Assembly: GCA_965261595.1 (NCBI GenBank)
Contig: CBDHDG010000006.1
Location: forward strand, 1,408,001-1,472,000
DNA from: a bacterium
GTDB lineage: Bacteria; UBA8248; JACPRG01; G963555815
Length of the DNA: 64,000 nt
Reading direction: 5' to 3'
Both the position numbers and the translations under genes were made by a program. Positions 51,977 to 63,249 of the stretch are shown here, one piece after another. Numbering within the stretch: position 1 is the first letter of the stretch; the number at the start of each line of letters is the position of its first letter. The notes under the pieces are model-generated. The model did no database searches. It saw only the letters and a program-made list of their open reading frames with translations, and was not told the origin of the DNA.

Positions 51977-52337
51977 CGGGGGTTGTGTAGGAATCACGGG
52001 CGGAGAGACCGGCGCGGCTCTGGTTGGCATCCCCGGAGAAATAACGTGTGGGTGTTGCAGGGGTGAGGGGCCCGCCGGAGCCGAGAAAGGCCTTGACTTT
52101 ATACGTGAGGATGTAGCAAATTAATACGTCTATTCAGCAAAAGACCCCGCGCGGAATGATGCGGGGTCCGTCAACCGTTTTTGAAGGGCGATAGAATTCC
52201 AACCTGTTCGCGCGGCCCTCGGGCTGGCGGCGGTTCAGGCGCCGCGGGCTTCATGGGGTTTTCGGGCGCGTATACAGGAAGTCATGGAACCAGGTTGTTC
52301 AGCCTCTCGGCCTCAACCTCATCCGGACCAAAAAAAA

Positions 52338-52663
52338 GGTTGAACCGACGCAACGGATATGGTAAATCAAGAGACGGTTCACCGTTCCGTTGCAGTAAAA
52401 AGCAGATTCCGGCCGCATCGGGCGGCGCGAAGTTTCGGTAAGATGGTCATGGGAGTCGGAAAGCTGGCAAGGGAAAGGAGGTTGAATCGAAGAAACGGAT
52501 GTGGTAAGTCAGAAGAAGGGTTCAGGGTTTTATCGCAATGAAAAACGGATTCCGCGCGCATCGGGCGGGCGGCGCGAAGTTTCAGCCTCACTTCCCAGCA
52601 GGCGCGGCATGGACTTCGACTCCATGACAAAGGCTTTGACACAATGACAAAAGGTGGTAAATT
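52338..52663 (+). promoter_or_regulatory. Tandem duplicated promoter-like modules
   Basis: About 100-bp imperfect direct repeats with 142-bp period, each TTGAAy-N17-TAArTC; third module TTGACA-N16-TAAATT. Confidence 0.5.
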
Positions 52664-52675
52664 GACGCTAGAGAG

Positions 52676-52738
52676 TCTCACGGAGGGCCTTCTCACGGGG
52701 GCCTTTTCACAGGGGCCTTTTCACATGGGCCTTATCAC
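52676..52738. repeat. 14-bp tandem repeat, about 4.5 copies
   Basis: TCTCACGGAGGGCCT / TCTCACGGGGGCCT / TTTCACAGGGGCCT / TTTCACATGGGCCT / TATCAC. Confidence 0.8.
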
Positions 52739-52762
52739 GAGAACGGGGAGGACTCACTCTAT

Positions 52763-54443
52763 CCGGAATTTCCCATATCAAATCCGGACAGGCCTGTACC
52801 GACCCCTCGTTGCTATTTAACTCAATTAGACCCCTCTCTCCCGGACCTGTCAATCCCATTTCAGGTGCCTGAAACCCTAATCGGAGCGTTATCCACCATT
52901 GAAAATCATGCCACCCCTCCGGGTAGGCGAGCCTTCCCAGCAGGTCATCTGGAAGGGACAGAACATTCACCATTTTGTCCTCGGGTGGACTGCGCTGAGA
53001 GCGGTTAGACAGGTACGGGCCGCAATCGGTTGATTCGGTCCAGGATGATGGCGAACTCTTCCCTGGATACCGCTACTTCGGCCAATTGAAAGATGATCTG
53101 CCGGGCGTGCCGCACAATCCTCCCCCCCATTTTGATGAGCTTGACCTGGAGGCTTCGGAGCGACCAGTGCTTGAGCCCCCTGGGCAAGGCTAGCCTGCGC
53201 AGGAAATTGCCCAGGTTGTACGCCAGGACGAAGAGAAGGAGCCGCACCTGGTTGCACACGAACCGGTGACAGGAAAGGCGTGTCCAGTTCAGGGCGTACT
53301 TGCCGTCCTTGATCCATTGCTCGGCTGTGCCTCGCTGGTTGTAGAAGTGCACGACCCCCTCGGGTCGAGCCGTCAGGTTCGTGACAATGAATCCGACGCG
53401 AGGGAAGAGTTCGCCTGAGTGCCATTCCACCTTCGCCACGACCCGCCGGGAACGGTCCCAGCTTCCAGCCTGATACCGGAAGTCGTAATAGAAGATGATG
53501 GGTCTCTTGGGCGGGCGACCGACCGGGCGGGTGAGGAGGAAGTCGATCTCTCGCTGCACCACGTCGTTGGCGGGAAGGCGGATGGCGTAAAGGAAGCTGT
53601 GCGCTTCCAGGCACTCATAGACCTCCGGGCGCGCAAAGGCGGCATCGGCTCGGAAGTAACGGCGAACACCCGCCCGCTCATACCGGGCCGCGATGGGCGA
53701 AAGCAACTCGCGCCAGCCATCGGCGCTGTGCACGTTCCCCGGCCGCAACATCGCCCCCTCGCAGTCCCCGAACTGGTTGAAGCAGAATAAGGGATGGTAG
53801 CAGAGGGAACCGAAGTGACCGTTGTAGGCCGTACCTTCCTGCTCCCCATGGACGGGGCTTTCCGAGCTGTCCATGTCCAGGATGATTCGCTGATGGGGTG
53901 AGTGTGCCATGGTCCGGTCCACCCACTCCCGGTTCAGCTCGCTCCGGCCCCTTGAGATTCTCCTCCCTGGTGAGAACCTCGGTCTCGAACCGGCTCAGGG
54001 TGTTGGCGCCCGCCGCCTGCTTCTCAAGCGCTCGGCGGCCGACCACGGCTTGCATCGCGGGGTCCTGGGCCAACCGCTCGGCATCGTTGGTGTCTTCATA
54101 CCCTGCCAAGCGGCTATAGACCGACTGGCGCAATAGCGGCGCCAACTCATGCTGGATGTTCCGGCCATGACGGATCTCTTGCAATTGCACTGGCGCTCTC
54201 ACCGTCAAACCCAGCGCATCATCCAGCTCCCGGCAGGCCAGCAATCCCGCATCCGAAGTGATTCTGGTTCCGTGAAACTCAAGCCTCAGCCGACGGTCAA
54301 AACGGATCTTCAAAGCCCCCTTCTTCGCTTCACCCATTGGGTCCCCTCGCAAGATGATGGCAGGGAGAGGCCAACACCTTGATCTTACACGAGAAAACGG
54401 CATTCGGTCCGACAAAACTTATGATCCATATGGGAAATGCGGG
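52763..54443 (-). mobile_element. IS1380-family element; transposase 53005..54337 frameshifted near 53945
   Basis: IRs CCCGCATTTCCCATAT / CCGGAATTTCCCATAT; TSDAGLL, LDMDSS, YNQRGTAEQWIK; no matching TSD. Confidence 0.92.
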
Positions 54444-54785
54444 GTAATTGGAACGAGCCTGGTTGATGCGTGCCAGCGAAGGATAAAGGTTGTGCAGATC
54501 GGCTTCCATGAAGTTGAACCTCTGACTGTCTGTGCGGCACTGTCTTCTGGCCCCACATCCAAGATGTTTCGCCATCCAGGAAGCCGGGTAGACATGCTCG
54601 ACATTGAGGCCCCTCTTTGTTCTCCACCGCTTCCCGCAATAAATTGTCCAGCCGCCGTGCGGGTAGAGCTTTTTGTAAAAGAATTTGTCGCGGGCCGTGT
54701 TGTAGTTGCGGATTATGTTTTGTCCGGCGAAGGCGGGAACGGCGAACAGTGCAATTGCTGATACCCACGCTCCCAAGAATTTCAC
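54444..54785 (-). pseudogene. Endonuclease I (EndA/Dns-like), 3' end replaced by IS1380
   Basis: Signal peptide; TIYCG, NVEHVYPAS, MEADLHNLYP...IN..RSN, then the IS end. Confidence 0.88.
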
Positions 54786-54899
54786 CGTCTGCCCTCCTTT
54801 ATTTCAGTCCGAAGGCCGAAGAGGGTGCTATTTTCTGGGAGTCGCCTTTTGGGGTTTCCATTTGGCAGCTAGTCTTTGCGCCTCGGCGACTTGCCTGGA

Positions 54900-56159
54900 T
54901 GGAGTTGACCCGGTTTGGTGGACACCTGATGATTTGGGGGTAAAGGAGGTGTTCACGATGCCACAGACTCACCCACGCTATCCAATGGAGTTCCGCTGCC
55001 AGATGGTAGAGTTGGTCCGGGCGGGACGCACGCCCGAGGCGCTGGCGCACGAGTTCGAGCCCTCGGCGCAGACGATCCGCACCTGGGCCCATCAAGCCGA
55101 CGTTGACGAGGGGCGTCGCAAAGACGGGCTCACGAGCGATGAGCGGGAGGAGTTGCGCCGACTTCGCCGCGAGAACCGACAGCTCCGCCAGGAGCGGGAG
55201 ATCTTAGCAAAAGCCGCGGCCTGGTTTGCTCGGGAAACCGATTCGATCCCGTCCGGATCTACGGGTTCGTGAGGGCGAACCAGGCCATGTATCGGACCGC
55301 CACCATGTGCCGGGTGCTGGGCGTCTCCTCCAGCGGCTACTACGCGTGGCGCAGGCGCGCGCCGTGTGCCCGCTCGTGTGCCGATCGGGCACTCACCAAA
55401 CGCATTCAGGCGATCCACGAGCGTTCTCGGGGGACTTACGGCGTGCCGCGCGTCCATGCCGAGTTGGAGGCTGAGGGAGTGCGTGTGGGCCGCAAGCGCG
55501 TCGCCAGGCTGATGCGTGGGGCGGGACTTGCGGGCGTCAGTCGGCGCAAGGGAGCGCGCACGACGCAGCGCCGGCAGGAGGCGCGGCCGGCCCCTGATCT
55601 GGTGGACCGCAACTTCACGGCCGAGGCCCCCGACCGGCTGTGGGTGGCCGACATCACCTACGTTCCGACATGGGCGGGGTTTTTGTATCTGGCCGTGGCG
55701 CTCGATGCGTTCAGCCGGCGCATCGTGGGGTGGTCGATGGCCACACACCTGCGGGCCGAGTTGGTGCTCGACGCGCTCGACATGGCGCTGTACAAGCGCC
55801 GTCCCCGGGCCGTCATCCACCACTCCGACCAGGGCACGCAGTACACCTCGGTCGCCTTTGGGCAGCGCTGCCGGCAGGCGGGCGGGCGTCCCTCCATGGG
55901 TTCGGTCGGGGACTGCTACGACAACGCGCTGTGTGAGAGCTTTTTCGCCACGCTGGAGTGCGAGCTCCTCGCTCGCCACACTTTCCGCACCCGGGCCGAG
56001 GCGCGCATGGAGGTGTTCGGGTTCATCGAGGGCTTCTACAACCCGCATCGTCGGCACTCCTCCATCGACAACCTGTCACCCGTTAACTACGAAAGGAGAC
56101 AACAACGCACACCCTGAAAACCCAAGTGCTTAACTCTCCACGAAACCGGGGTAAGTCCA
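54900..56159 (+). mobile_element. IS3-family element (orfA 54958..55272, orfB 55269..56117)
   Basis: Ends TGGAGTTGACCCGGTTT / AAACCGGGGTAAGTCCA; 3-bp TSD GGA; WVADITY, HHSDQG, DNA.CESFF. Confidence 0.95.
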
Positions 56160-56230
56160 GGACAATATCCTCTTAGCAACTCGCTCACGAGAATTTAAAT
56201 ATCTTTTTTGTCTCTCGCCTGTCTCACGGG

Positions 56231-57673
56231 GAGCCTGTCCCATTCATAGTTGAAGGTTGAGAAAAAGAGGTGGCGGTTCACTCCTGCCGACTCGGTTAGA
56301 ATCGGGTTGGCAAACATTCAAAGAGGAGGAACCGCCATGAGTGAAGCTTACCAGATCATCGAGAAGAAAGAGACCCAAAGGTTGGCCGCCTTTGTGGCGG
56401 AGCATGGGCAGGCGTTTTTTCCTCTGGTGTCGCTGGTGGAGCAGTCCCAACTGGCGGTGGAGGACCTGATGGACGTCATGGGCCGGGCGGGCCTGGAGGC
56501 CGTGCTTTTGCTGTCGGCCAAGGGCTTGACGGGCGCGCCGCATCCAGGCAAGCGGGGTGGCGAGGTCCGCCGGCACGGCAGCCAGGGGGGCCGGGTGACC
56601 CTGAAGGGGCGCAAGCTGAAGGTGAGAAAGCCGCGGCTTCGCCGCCGGGGCCAGGGTCGGGGCGGGGAGGTGGAGGTGCTGGCGTATGCGGCCATGCAGG
56701 CCGACCCCGGGCTGGGGGAGCGGATGCTGGATTTGCTGATGCGAGGGGTCTCGACGCGGAACTACGCGGCCGTTCTTCCCGAGCTGGCCGAGACGGTGAG
56801 GGTGTCGAAGTCGGCCGTGAGCCGGGAGAGCATCGAGGCGGCCGAGGTGGAGCTGCGGCGTCTTTGTGAGCGGCGTTTTGACGACATCGACCTCCTCATC
56901 CTCTACCTGGACGGTCTGCGCTTCGGCGCGCATCACGTCATCGTGGCCGTTGGGGTGGACACACGGGGCCAAAAGCACGTTCTGGGCCTGAGGTCGGGCG
57001 CCACCGAGAACGCCACGGTCGTGACGGCGCTTCTTGAGGAGTTGGTGGAGCGCGGCGTGCGGCCCGGGCGGCGTCGGCTTTTCGTCATCGACGGCTCGAG
57101 GGCGCTTCGTGCGGCGATTGACCGGGTGTACGGGGACGACAATCCGGTGCAGCGGTGCCGCAACCACAAGGTGAAGAACGTGATGGACCACCTGCCCGAG
57201 GAGTTGAAGGACCCGGTGAAGGCGACGATGAAGGCGGCCTGGCGGCTGGCGCCGAAGGAGGGGATTGCCCGTCTGCGCAAGCAGGCCCGGTGGCTTTAGA
57301 TCGAGCATCCGGACGCGGCCGCCAGCCTTTTGGAGGGTCTGGAGGAGATCTTCACCGTCAACCGCTTGGCTCTTCCGCCCGGCCTTCGGCGCTGCCTGGT
57401 GAGCACGAACCTGATCGAGAGTCCCTGTTCGGGGGTGCGGATGCGCACCCGGCGCGTCGGCCGCTGGCGGGACGGGGCGATGGTGAAAAGGTGGGCCGCT
57501 TCCGCCTTCCTCGCCACCGAGAAGAACTTCCGTCGCCTGGACGGCTACCGGGACCTGTGGATCCTGAAGGCCGTTCTGGACGAGCCCCGCTTTGACACCC
57601 GAGAGGAGGTCGCATAAGGTGAACCACACACGGACCGCCGCCTCAAACCTTCAACTGAATTCGGGACACCCTC
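56231..57673 (+). mobile_element. IS256-family insertion sequence, copy 2 (transposase 56337..57617 with TAG at 57297-57299)
   Basis: Same 1443-bp element as 3526..4968; 8-bp TSD CTCACGGG. Confidence 0.95.
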
Positions 57674-58029
57674 CTCACGGGAGGCAGCGAGATTGAACCA
57701 CATGTGAGCCCGAACATAGTCTTTAGCCACGCCTATGCCCTGTTCGTACATAAAGCCGAGGCTGTGCTGGGCGGGGCCGAAGCCCTTCAGTGCGGACTTG
57801 CGATACCACTTAAACGCTTGAGTGTAATCTTTGGCTATGCCTCGTCCCTTGAAGTACATAACACCGAGATTGTGCTGGCCCAAGGCGTGGCCCTTCAGTG
57901 CAGACTTGCGATACCACTTCACCGCCTGAGCGTAGTCTCGGTCCACACCTCGGCCTTTATCGTACATAGCGCCGAGATTGGATTGCCCAAGGGCGTGGCC
58001 CTTCAGTGCGGCCTTTCGATACCACTTCA

Positions 58030-58401
58030 CCCAGATATTCCATATGGATCATAACTTTTGTCGGACCGGAGGACATTTTCTGGAGTAAAATCAATGCATG
58101 AGCCTCCCCGAGCCATCCTCTCGCGGGGTAATCCAATGGGTGAAGCGAAAAAGTGGGCGTTGAAGGTCCGTTTTGAGCGTCGGCTGAGGCTTGAGTTTCA
58201 CGGAACCAGAATGACTTCGGATGCGGGATTGCTGGCCTGCCGAGAGGGATCAAGCACTGGTCGTTACGCGGCCTTCAGCTTAAGCTCCTCAAAATGGGCG
58301 GCCGGCTCGTGCGGTACGCCCGCCACATCACCTTCCAGTTGGCCGAGGTCGGTGTATCCAGGAAGACATTTGCCCTTATCTTGGAGAGAATCAAGCGATG
58401 A
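58030..58401 (+). mobile_element. Internally deleted IS1380 derivative (left end plus fused N- and C-terminal transposase remnants)
   Basis: End [37 protein letters not shown] joined directly to 'IKHWSL...FQLAEV'. Confidence 0.85.
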
Positions 58402-58638
58402 TGCCCGGTGCCTGTCTAGCGACCCTAAGCGGAGTCCACACAAGGGCAAAATGACGAAGACTCCAAACCTGGTGGTCAAGCCCGTTTACACGCCGGCGCT
58501 GACATGGTTTTCCAATGGCGGATACCGCTCCGATCAGGGTTTCAGGCGCCCGAAATGGTGTTGACAGCCCCGGTAAAGAGGGCTCTAATTGAGTTAAAGA
58601 GCAACGGGTGGTCAATACAAGAGTTGTCTTGATTTAAA

Positions 58639-60333
58639 CCGGGATTTCCCAGATGACCACTCTTAGCCATCCTGCGGTCCTCCTGTGTCATCAAAGTACC
58701 CCATTTTACTACAGATTCAGGGTCTCTTTGCAGAACCATCTGCTCAATCGAGGGGCAACGGCCGTCCTAAAGCCGCAATCCCTTGAAAACCCAGCTATAC
58801 CGGCACACTCAGGGGAGTTCGGCACAGACTGATCCCCCGTCTCCACCACGTCACTAAGCTTCCGGGCCATCTGCTCCGTCATCCGGTATCTGGTACGGGA
58901 GGCGGTAACCACAACCGTCGAATTCGTTCAAGGATTGCCCTGAACAGTTGACGCGGCACGGCCACCTCGGCCATCTGGAAGGTGGTGTGCCGGGCGTGGG
59001 TGACCACCTTGGCCCCAATCTTAATCAGCTTCTCGCGTAACGTCGTCAGCGACCAGTGCTTCACCGCTCTGGGCAACGCCAGCCGCCGCAGGAAGTTTGC
59101 CAGGTTGTACGCCAAGGCAAATAGTTGCAAGCGAACCTGGTTCTCTTCAAAGCCGTGGCAGGACAGGCGCGTCCAGTTCAGGGCGTACTTGCCCTCCTTG
59201 ATCCACTGCTCCGCCGTCCCACGCTGGTTGTAGAACCTCACGACGTTCTCTTCCCGCCAGTGCAGGTTGGTCACGATGAAGCTGACTCTTGGAAACAACT
59301 CGCCCTGGTGCCACTCGACCGCCACCACCACCCGGCGAGGCTTCTCCCAACTAGCCGCCTGATAGGAGACGCTGTGGTAGAAGATAATGGGCCTTTTGGG
59401 CGGTCGGCCAACCGGCCGGGTCAGAAGGCATTCGATGTCCCTGTACAAGATGGCGTTGGCCGGAAGCCGAATCGCATAGGAGTAGCCCTCCGCCTCAAGG
59501 TATCGGTACACCTCCGGCTTGGCAAATGCCGCGTCGCCTCGAAAAAACCGACAGACCTTCGCATCCCGGTAGCGAGCTACCACCGGCTCCAATACAGACC
59601 ACCAGTCATCAGCGCTGTGGACCTTGCCGTTGCGCAACAGCGCCCGCTCCAGATCGCCAAACTGGTTGAAGCAAAACAGTGGGTGATAGCAGGTGCAGCC
59701 GAAGTGGCCGTTGTAGGAAGAGCCTTCCTGCTCACCGTGGGTCGGGCTGACCGAACTGTCCATGTCCAGGATCAGCTTGCGAATCGGCTTGCGTTTGCGG
59801 ACACGATCCACCAACACACCGGGCAGACCGCTCAGCGCCTTGAGGGGTTAAGGGGCCGGGTGAGGGTCTGCGTCTCGAATCGGCTCATCTGGCTGGTGGA
59901 GGCAGCGGTGTGATACTTCGCTCGCCCCCCAACCACCTGACGCATGGCGGGATCGACACAGAGCCGCTCGGCATCATTGGTGTCTTTATATCCTGCCAGG
60001 CGGCTGTAGACCGACTGGCGCACCAAAGCGGTGAGGCTGTGCCGGGTGTTCCCGCCCGTCCGTGAATCGGACAGAAACCCCTCGGCCGCCTTCGTCAGCC
60101 CCAACACCTCATCCAGTTCACGATAGGCAAGCAAACCGGCGTCACTCGTAACCTTTGCTCCGTGAAACTCCAGCCTGAGCCGACCGTCGAATTGGAGCCT
60201 CAACGGCCTCTTTTTCGCTTCACCCATCGGGTCCCCTCGCAAGATGATGGCAGGGAGAGGACAACACCTTGATTTTACACGAGAAAACGGCCTTCGGGGC
60301 GTTAAAAATTATCATCCATATGGGAAATGCGGG
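58639..60333 (-). mobile_element. IS1380-family element; transposase 58879..60227 frameshifted near 59845
   Basis: IRs CCCGCATTTCCCATAT / CCGGGATTTCCCAGAT; transposase homologous to the 53005..54337 copy. Confidence 0.92.
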
Positions 60334-61346
60334 CTTCACCGCCTGAGCGTAGTCTCGGTCCACACCATGACCGTTTTCGTACATAGCGCCGAGATTGGTT
60401 TGAGCAGGGGCGTGGCCCTTCAGTGCAGACTTGCGATACCACTTCAGAGCCTGCAAGGGGTCTTGGGCCACGCTTTGGCCCGTGGCGTACATAACGCCGA
60501 GATTGTACTGGGCCAAGGCGTGGCCCTTCAGTGCGGCCTTGCCAAACCACTTCACCGCCTGCATGCGGGATTGGGCTACGCCCATTCCCTTGTCGTACAT
60601 AACGCCGAGACTGTACTGGGCAGAGGCGTGGCCTTGCAGTGCGGCCTTGCCAAACCACTTCATCGCCTGAGCGTAGTCTCGGGCCACGCCTTGGCCATTG
60701 GCGTACATAAGGCCGAGACTGAATTGGGCAGGGACGTGGCCTTGCAGTGCGGCCTTGCGATACCAGTTCACCGCTTGATCGATGTCTCGGGCCACGCCCA
60801 ATCCCTTGGCGAACAATGAACCGAGGTAGAATTGGGCAGAGACGTGGCCTTGCAGTGCAGCCTTGCGAAACCACCTCCCCGACTGGGAGAAGTCTCGGAC
60901 CACGCCCTGGCCTTTGGCGTACATAATGCCGAGGCTGAATTGGGCAGGGGCGTGGCCCTGCTTATCAAGCTTTTTAAATTCCTTCAGTGCCGTTTTAAAG
61001 TCACCACGTTTGTAAGCGGCTAAACCGGTAGCGAAGTCTGCACTGGCCGAGGTTGGAACGAGAAGCAGGGCTATAAGGGGAAGGAAAAGCAGTCTTTTTT
61101 TGATTACGCCCATTTCCTCGTACACCCACCGGTTTGAGGTCTCGAACGAACGGCTGTCAGCATATCAGAAGAAGGAGGCCGCCGGGAAGGTTGTCCCTTT
61201 TGTCCCTTCATCGGTGATCGTGCCTGATGGTTCAGGGGACAGACACCCTCTCAATGTGCCCTCATTCTCCCGTCAGCTTAGAAACCTGTTAAAATCCACC
61301 GTCAATCCGAAAAGAAACAGACCCCGCCCACCCGTAGGGGGCACGC

Positions 61347-61868
61347 ATGCGGTTTCGGCGAAGTGTCCTGATTGCCGCTTTGGTTTCAGTCCTTATTGAC
61401 CCCTCCCTGTTTGCCCAGACGCTGACGGTACGCGTCTCTCGTGGCAACGTCCGTGCCCAGCCAAGCAAATCCTCTCCAATCACCGGAAAGATTAACAAGG
61501 GCGAGGTCTACGACACAGAGGGCCACCAGGGCGACTGGTTCAAGATCCTGCTGGAGACGGGCCGGGAGGGCTGGGTCTTCAAGTCTCTCGTCGAGGTCTC
61601 GGGCAAGCGGACGATTGGCGTCGTGCCTTCGGGTCCCACCCCATCGGCCTCCCGTCCTTACGGCGACTCCTGGGCCATCGTTGTGGGGATCAACCGGTAT
61701 CGAAAACCGGCCAAGAGCCTTCGCCTCTACATCGATCGGGCAATCTACATGCTCAAACCTGCGTCCTACCGCTACTTTTCCCCGGTTGCCGGTCAATCTG
61801 ATGGGAACCGGATTATTGCAGATTTGATGCGGCCATCTGTATCTGAAAGTAGCGCGGTACACTCGTGA
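61347..61868 (+). pseudogene. Chimeric ORF: signal peptide + bacterial SH3 + start of a caspase-like domain, fused to an unrelated low-GC tail
   Basis: GNVRAQPS...GDWFKI....GREGWV; SWAIVVGINRY; abrupt compositional change near 61705. Confidence 0.7.
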
Positions 61869-62530
61869 GCGTAATCAGACGGCATCTTGCGAGGGAGGGG
61901 GGCGCCCTTCCGGCCCCTTTCTACGAAGTCCGGCCACAGGTATTGCGTAGTGTCTTGCTTGCGCTTGAGAGAGCGGTGAGTATGACCGTAAGAGTTTTCG
62001 GCGAAGTGCTCCCTCTGGAGCCGAGATTCACGCGCTAGCTTGCGGTAGACTTCGAGAATGCGCGAGACGCTATGGCAAGCTCACCAAAATACGATATTAC
62101 GCATCAACCCAAGTTGCCGATCTTAAACGATGAAGGCGAAATTGTCAGATATCGCCGGCTCGATATTCGGGTCCTTTTCACCCGGCAGGTAGGTCGAAAA
62201 GGCGACTATTTATGCATTGAATGCAAATACCTTGATGTCACAGACCGTCGGAGCGATGCAGACTATGTAGACGAAGGGGTTGAACGCATTGTGTGTGGCG
62301 ACTACGCGGCGGGACACCCTTGGGCCATTATGGTTGGCTTGGAGCGTGTAGGTCCGGTAAATCTTTCTGCTTCTCATGTCAATGAGCGCCTGAAAACCCG
62401 TTATGGAGATGAATGCGGATTCAAGCCGACACCACGCGTCAGACTTGATAACGTTCGCGAGAGTGAACATCTGCAAACTGGAGGACCTCATCGAATTGCA
62501 ATTCTGCACGGGTTTTTTCTTCTAACATAA
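61865..62530 (+). pseudogene. PD-(D/E)XK nuclease-like hypothetical protein with in-frame TAG at 62036-62038
   Basis: GTG 61865 overlaps the upstream stop; RLDI...IECK.L...YVDEG..R...G.YA. Confidence 0.6.
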
Positions 62531-63249
62531 GGCTGAACATCTGATCTCTCATGCGGCCGTGAGAAGTCAACACATTTGTCATTTGACCCTCAACCAGCGA
62601 AAAAATAATGGTCATCGAAAATGCACATTTATTTGCTTAGAAAAATTGGACGGAGTCACATAAATCTTCTAGATAGAGAAACTCGCGAAATGTAATATCG
62701 AGGGGCGGCAGTGAAAGGAAGAGAAAGGGGTCAAGTCTTTTGTTGATTGATTAGAGACTAAATCTTCTCTGCCCAGATTTTGAACCTTTTGTCTACCTTC
62801 ATTTCCCCCTTCACTTCATGCCACGACCGTCCCACCACTCCATACCTCCCGACGTCAAACACTTTGGCCGTCTGTTTCAACGTCAAATGGACGTGCCCTC
62901 GAAGTGTTTCATCGGAGGCGGGAATGACCGGGGGGACGTTGCGGGTATGACGGCGGGCCATCGGGCTTCGTTTTCTTCGCGCGCGGAGAAATTGGGATGT
63001 CTCGGCTCCAAACGGCCTTGACGGCCCTGGGAGGAGGGGTGTTGAATCACTGCAACCGGGAAGATCGCGGTTCGCTTGCGTACGCTACATTCACACAGGA
63101 CGGTCCGGCGTGGTCTCTCCCCGGCGAAGAGGGGGGGAAGGGGGGAAATCGGTAGACGCGCCCGGCTCAGGGTCTACCGGGTGCAACCTTGCCGGTAGTC
63201 CCGCGTCGGGCGATTCCGGCATCAATGACGAGGTCTCAGGGAGAGAGAA

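Larger units (their letters stand above)
54828..61113 (-). pseudogene. Secreted Sel1-repeat protein gene split into four pieces by three insertions
   Basis: Segments 61113-60334, 58024-57674, 56222-56160 and 54896-54828 join in frame to 420 aa; signal peptide, about 9 Sel1 repeats, AHMWFNLAA...AEAQRLAAKW end. Confidence 0.92.

Noticed and set aside
53940..59850. Programmed frameshift in IS1380 transposases (both break at a similar position)
   Set aside because: The two copies need shifts in opposite directions and share no slippery motif
57700..60960. 108-bp periodic repeats as a non-coding array
   Set aside because: They are the 36-aa Sel1 coding repeats
4592..62038. Genome-wide TAG reassignment or pyrrolysine
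   Set aside because: TAG is the natural stop of livF, crcB, the DsbA-like gene, RidA and others here; no pyl genes in the window
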